A stretch of DNA of 13,691 nucleotides from Octopus sinensis (Eukaryota). Made by a program: the position numbers and the translations under genes. Positions 8,987 through 13,691 of this stretch are shown piece by piece. Below the pieces are notes generated by a model that made no database searches, was not told the origin of the DNA, and saw nothing but the letters and a program-made list of their open reading frames with translations. Every line of letters starts with the position of its first letter. Position 1 is the stretch's first letter. Where the stretch lies: contig NW_021826068.1 in the NCBI RefSeq assembly GCF_006345805.1, positions 1-13,691 on the forward strand, given 5' to 3'.

Positions 8987-10198
8987 AGAATAACTGCAGG
9001 ACGTCAACATTTTGTGGGCAGTTTGCACTGTTCACGGGAGTAACTAGAGACAGTTTGAATATACTCAACCAACTTTCTCGAATAATCACACTGCCGGCTC
9101 TTACTAGCATCACTTTCTGAATACCTCTTCCTTCCACTGACTATATTCCTCTATCTTTGTCTCTTCTTTTCTTTATTACTCAGTTCTCTCTCTCTCTCTC
9201 TCTCCTCCCTTTATCCTATTCTTCCTTGTAATTCTTAATTTTATTCTTAGTTGTTGTTCTTGTTTGTGCTAGGCTTTATTGTTGAAATTGTTTCATCAAT
9301 GTTAAGTTGCTGTTACTAGCGTTGTTGTTGAATTTTCGAAACAAAATATTTCATTCAAAAATAAACAACAAAGAAAAACAAACATATGTTAAACTATAAA
9401 ATAAATAATAAATTAAACAACGCAAAAAGACACGCACAAAAAATACCAACCTACAAGAAAAACAAAAATAACAGCGGAAAGTTCAAAATTCAAAATGGCT
9501 ACCGAAAGGTATCGAATGACTTAAGTAATGGCTGGCTTGGTTTAGTATGAGAAGTACAGGAAGCTGTTGAGATTGATGATTAGACGGCAACTTGAGAGCA
9601 TCGCTTGTAGCTTAATTCGCAAACACGGCTGACGGCGCAGTACATTGGGAAGAGAGGGAAGTTGTTTTCCGGCGGAGGTGACAACCAAAATATAAACAGT
9701 TCTATCTCATAAATATGAGAGAAGGAATTAGGAAAAGCAAGCAAGACGTAAGGGGGGGGGAGTCTTACAAGTTAAAGAAACAAAGTAAAACAATGTAAAG
9801 CTAACAAACAATCAAAGGAAGGCTAAAGTGAGGGAGGAAATGTTGTAATAAGGGAAAATCTGAAACGTTAAATGAGAAAAGAAGAGAAAATGAAAGCGTG
9901 ATATTAAGGAAGCATTTTGGAGTAAAACGTTCGAACGCTAAAAGTTAAGGCATAAGATTTTCTGTCAATGATCGTGTGTGTGCATGTGTGTGTTGGCGGG
10001 GGGTGAGGGTATATGCGAATGTGTTTGTATAAGTGAGTTTAAGGAGGTGGATAGGCAAAATGGCCACAGCATCGTATATAATGCTCTGCTGTATTCATTC
10101 TCGTTCTTTGGTCTTTGAATTTAAATAGTGTCAAGGTAACTTGTTTCTCTTTCCTTCAGGACCGATAAATGAAGTACCACTTAAGTATTAGAGCCGGT

Positions 10199-10222
10199 TT
10201 TCTCTCTCTCTCTTTCTCTCCA

Positions 10223-10266
<44 letters not shown>
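10199..10266. repeat. (CT)n microsatellite
   Basis: Directly visible. Confidence 0.93.
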
Positions 10267-10268
<2 letters not shown>

Positions 10269-10340
10269 GACAGTACCTCTATTTGAAAGCAACCAGTCTT
10301 ATTACACATTGTCATTTTAATACCAATTTATTGGTATCAG

Positions 10341-10534
10341 ATTCTGGCACAAGGCCAGTAAGTTCAAGGCACGAGTTATCTTTGATTACATAGACCAGTG
10401 CCTAACTGGTACATATTTTAATGAACCCAAAAGGATGAAAGACCTCGGCGGAATTTGAACTCAGAACGTAAAGACGGACGAAATGCCGCTAAGCATTGCC
10501 CGACTAGCTAATGATTCTGTCAGCTCGCCGCCTT
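10341..10534 (-). mobile_element. SINE family A copy 2 (diverged, different 3' end)
   Basis: Shares AAGGATGAAA...GACCTCGGC.GAATTTGAACTCA.AACGTAA.GAC.GACGAAAT.CCGCTAAGCATT with 1559-1636. Retains the 5' start AAGGCGGCGAGCTG. Confidence 0.85.
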
Positions 10535-10960
10535 CAGACTGATTATTTATTATATTTAAAAAATTATTCGTATCTCTGGAATACTCAGCCACTTACAAGT
10601 TAATCTCCTGTGTAGAAATTGAACCGGTCAAATAAACCAATGCGTATCACCTTGACCGACAGAAATTATATACCACAGTTGAATGTGTGTGTAATAAACA
10701 ACATACCACCCTTGTTTATGTTACTGAGTACCAGGCCAGTTTTCTTTCCTTTTTGTCTAAGTTCACCGCATGTCATCTAAAAACCTGCGACGTACCACTG
10801 CATCACTGTTGATAAGCGAGTTACAGGTTCGATATCGTTCCGCTAATCAAGGAAGATCATATATCGATAGATAAAGTGGAAGTGAAAGATCAGTAATATG
10901 AAAATTACGATGGTCAACCCTTGTTGTTGATATTTTTGTTTAATCCGAGTTTAAAACGAG

Positions 10961-11290
10961 TAAAGACCCCCTTCGGTCATGAATGACCATGGGATTGCAC
11001 CTAGAAAGTAACCTCCCGAGGCATGAGTCCGAGCAAGGTTGTTTATGGAAGACCAGCAGATGCCCGTGCATGCCAGCCTCCCCTCTCCATGCCACTGATG
11101 CTATCCAAGGGAAAGGCAAAGGCAGACACAGCTTGGCACCAGTGACGTTGTAACTCGTTTCTACAGCAAAGTGAACTGAGAGCAGCGTGAAATAAGGTGT
11201 TTTTCCTCAAGAACACAACAAATAGTCCGGTCCAGGAATCGAACTCACTTCCTCATGATTGTAAGCCCGATGCTCTAAACACTGAGCCAC
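10961..11290 (-). mobile_element. SINE family B copy 3 (inverted, more diverged)
   Basis: Reverse complement runs from GTGGCTCAGTGTTTAGAGC to GGTGCAATCCCATGGTCATTCATGACCGAAGGGGGTCTTTA, matching copies 1 and 2 along the full length. Confidence 0.92.
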
Positions 11291-12470
11291 AGTGAAATCA
11301 AGCAGGACTATAGCCGACTATGGCGTTCTATCTGCAACATCCTTGTCTTTATCTTTGTGTATTTAAGGTACGGGGTGTCTAGAATTATATTTTCCAGTAT
11401 ATCCTTCCTTTTAAATAAATATGTTTAAAGTGAAATTTGAAATGTATTTCGTTGTTATTTCTAGCAAATCGAACGACCACTTAGAATGTCTCTCGTGGAC
11501 TCAGCTTTTTTTCTCAAGTGGTATTTGCGACCTATGAACTTCCGACATAACTGAAAATTTGAACTGTGCATTTAAAAAGTCTTTTTTTTTCCTGTTGATC
11601 AACGAATACTCACAACCAAGAAATTCTTTCTCATCCAGGACAAAAGATGATAACCTAAAGTTCGTTTATTCCTAATCACTGCTTGGCGCTGATAGTGCTT
11701 TATTTTTAGTGAGGAGTCGAACATGAATCCAGTTTTCTTGCTTCTGTTGTGTTAAGCTGTGTGTACGTTTGTATGACAAATAACATTCAGTTAAAGTTTA
11801 GGTGACAAGCTTTTATATAACTCTGCTTTTACAAATAGTACATGTGAAATAGTAAAAGGCGTACAAACCTGGTTGTTTCATAGCTAGTGAAAATTAGTTG
11901 GTCGGTAGTTGGCTGGAGAATAAGTCAATTGGCATTAATGGTTAAAGGCTCGTGTTATGTGATTCGTGCAGGAGCAGAAGAGAGTAAGGAACGCACCAGC
12001 TACATAATGAGATAGCTGTAATGGTTAAGAGCAAAGTGAGCCAACCGCTCCAGGAGTCAAGAACTCAGTCCAGTGAGAGCCATGCCAAATAAGATTAGAG
12101 TCACTAAATGTCCGTCTAGAGTTTATATATCTTTCCAGCGGAAATGCCAGGTCGCAAAAGACTGCTGGGAGTACAATACCACCAAAGCGCCAACTACCGA
12201 CAACAGAATGCGGAGACGTAACTTTATTCTGTTCCTTTTATTATTATTTAGCCGTTTTTTCCGTCCTCGTGTACAACAGCCGAAACTGCAAAGATAATCT
12301 GGAACTCGACTGACGAAAGAAAACTCCGTATGATCCGTCCTTGTTTTTTTTATGTCCCTTTTTGTATCATCCAACTGTCTGGATGGATGTTTTGTTGTTG
12401 CCTGTTGCGTTCTTGTCCCATTTTTTGTATTCTTATATATATGTATATATATAGATATATATATGTATGT

Positions 12471-12710
12471 GAAGGCGCGTGGCTTAGTGGTTAGTGTGTC
12501 ATGATCGTAAGATTGTCGTTTCGATTCCTGGACCGGGCAACGTGTTGTGTTCTTCAGCAAAACACTTCATTTCACGTTGCTCCAGTTCACTCAGCTGGCA
12601 AAAATGAGTAACGCTGTGATGGACTGGCGTCCCGTCCAGTTGGGGAACACATACGCCATAGAAACCGGGAAACCGGGCCCATGAGCCTGGCTAGGCTTTA
12701 AAAAAGCGCA
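12471..12710 (+). mobile_element. SINE family E: B-like head and core with a different tail
   Basis: 12471-12609 aligns to the family B head and core. It then switches to CTGTGATGGACTGGCGTCCCGTCCAG...GAAACCGGG...GGCTAGGCTTTAAAA. Confidence 0.85.
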
Positions 12711-12722
12711 CTTATTTTTATT

Positions 12723-12756
<34 letters not shown>

Positions 12757-12758
<2 letters not shown>

Positions 12759-12914
12759 CGACGGGTTTCTTTCAGTTTCCGCCTACTAAATCCTCTCACA
12801 AAGATTTGGTCGGCCCGAGGCTATAGCAGAAGTCACTTGCCGAAGGTGTCACGTTGTGGGACTGAACCCGGAACTACGTGGTTGGGAAGTAAGCTTCTTA
12901 CCACACAACCACGC
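12757..12914 (-). mobile_element. tRNA-headed SINE family D copy
   Basis: Minus strand: GTGGTTGTGTGGTAAGAAG...GGGTTCAGTCCC...CCTTCGGCAAG...CTATAGCCTCGGGCCGACCAAA. Homologous to 13191-13324. Confidence 0.85.
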
Positions 12915-13190
12915 GGCACCTTTGTTATATATTATATAATATATTATATATATATATAATTTATTTTTAGTTGTTTTAGTCTCTAAACTCTGGCCTCGAA
13001 AAATTTAGTCAAACAAATCGAATGCAGTTCTTTTTTTTTTAATCCAGTACTTATTCTATCACTCACTTTTTGCTGAACCACTAGACCATTGGGACGTAAA
13101 CAAACCAACACCGGTTGTCAAGCGGGACGGGTTTAATAACACAAACACACATACACACATATACATATATACACACACATACATATGTAC

Positions 13191-13324
13191 ATCTATCAAA
13201 TCCACTCACGAGGCTTTGGTCAGCCCAAGGCTATAGTAAAAGACACTTGTCCAAGGTGCCACGCGGTGGGACTGAAAGCAAGACCACATGGTTAGGAAGC
13301 AAACTCTTTAACCACACACCCACG
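13191..13324 (-). mobile_element. SINE family D copy; the element probably continues through the (CA/TA) tract to about 12990
   Basis: Aligns to 12780-12914. On the minus strand, 13140-12990 contains GATAGAATAAGTACTGG...TTCGATTTGTTTGACTAAA, a probable 3' module (inference). Confidence 0.8.
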
Positions 13325-13404
13325 GCTATTGATAAGACACTGACAACACGCAGTTTATCCCCACCTTTTGCCTGCCAACAGTCCCTCCCCTAGCTACGTT
13401 GTAT

Positions 13405-13419
13405 TTTTCTTCTTTCTTC

Positions 13420-13473
<54 letters not shown>

Positions 13474-13485
13474 TTCTCTCTCATC
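13405..13485. repeat. (CT)n microsatellite
   Basis: Directly visible. Confidence 0.92.
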
Positions 13486-13691
13486 ATGAGGTTCATGACC
13501 TGACACACTGGACACTCGAAAGCGACCAGTTATGATAGCTTCTTGCTTCTTAATCCTTAACACTACAGAAATAAATTTCCGCGCAGACATTCTGAATATA
13601 TTTTGACAGGCAATGATTTATAACTGCAGACGTTTGGAAAACGTCTGAAAGAAAGCCTCTGGCCACGCCCTCTCCCTGCCCCGATTTTCTC

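Noticed and set aside
8743-9120. Poly-His, poly-Met and poly-Ile ORFs
   Set aside because: Trinucleotide low-complexity artefacts.
12139-12217. Possible plus-strand exon after ATCTTTCCAG (RKCQVAKDCWEYNTT...)
   Set aside because: The donor is weak and there is no homology. The partial AKDCW zinc-knuckle resemblance lacks the GH and correct Cys spacing.
1-13691. CRISPR arrays, rRNA, prokaryotic operons
   Set aside because: No repeat-spacer periodicity, rRNA motifs or gene-dense organisation; the sequence is eukaryotic.

Overview
AT-rich, repeat-dense animal genomic DNA that looks intronic or intergenic. The SINE families and (TA)n density look Octopus/coleoid-like from recollection; this needs a database check. 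No protein-coding gene can be supported, and nearly all listed ORFs are microsatellite artefacts (IY/YI, CV, ER, SL runs). Contents: a miniature mariner derivative, a second TIR element, a probable bipartite RTE-derived element, about ten tRNA-headed SINE copies or fragments from several modular families, and many microsatellites. Most notable: (i) a near-canonical minimal hammerhead ribozyme fold on the minus strand (3137-3197), with a second decayed hammerhead-like motif about 210 nt downstream, suggesting a Penelope/retrozyme-like unit; (ii) a 45-bp inverted repeat that covers the splice acceptor of a candidate 63-nt exon (3566-3628, minus).
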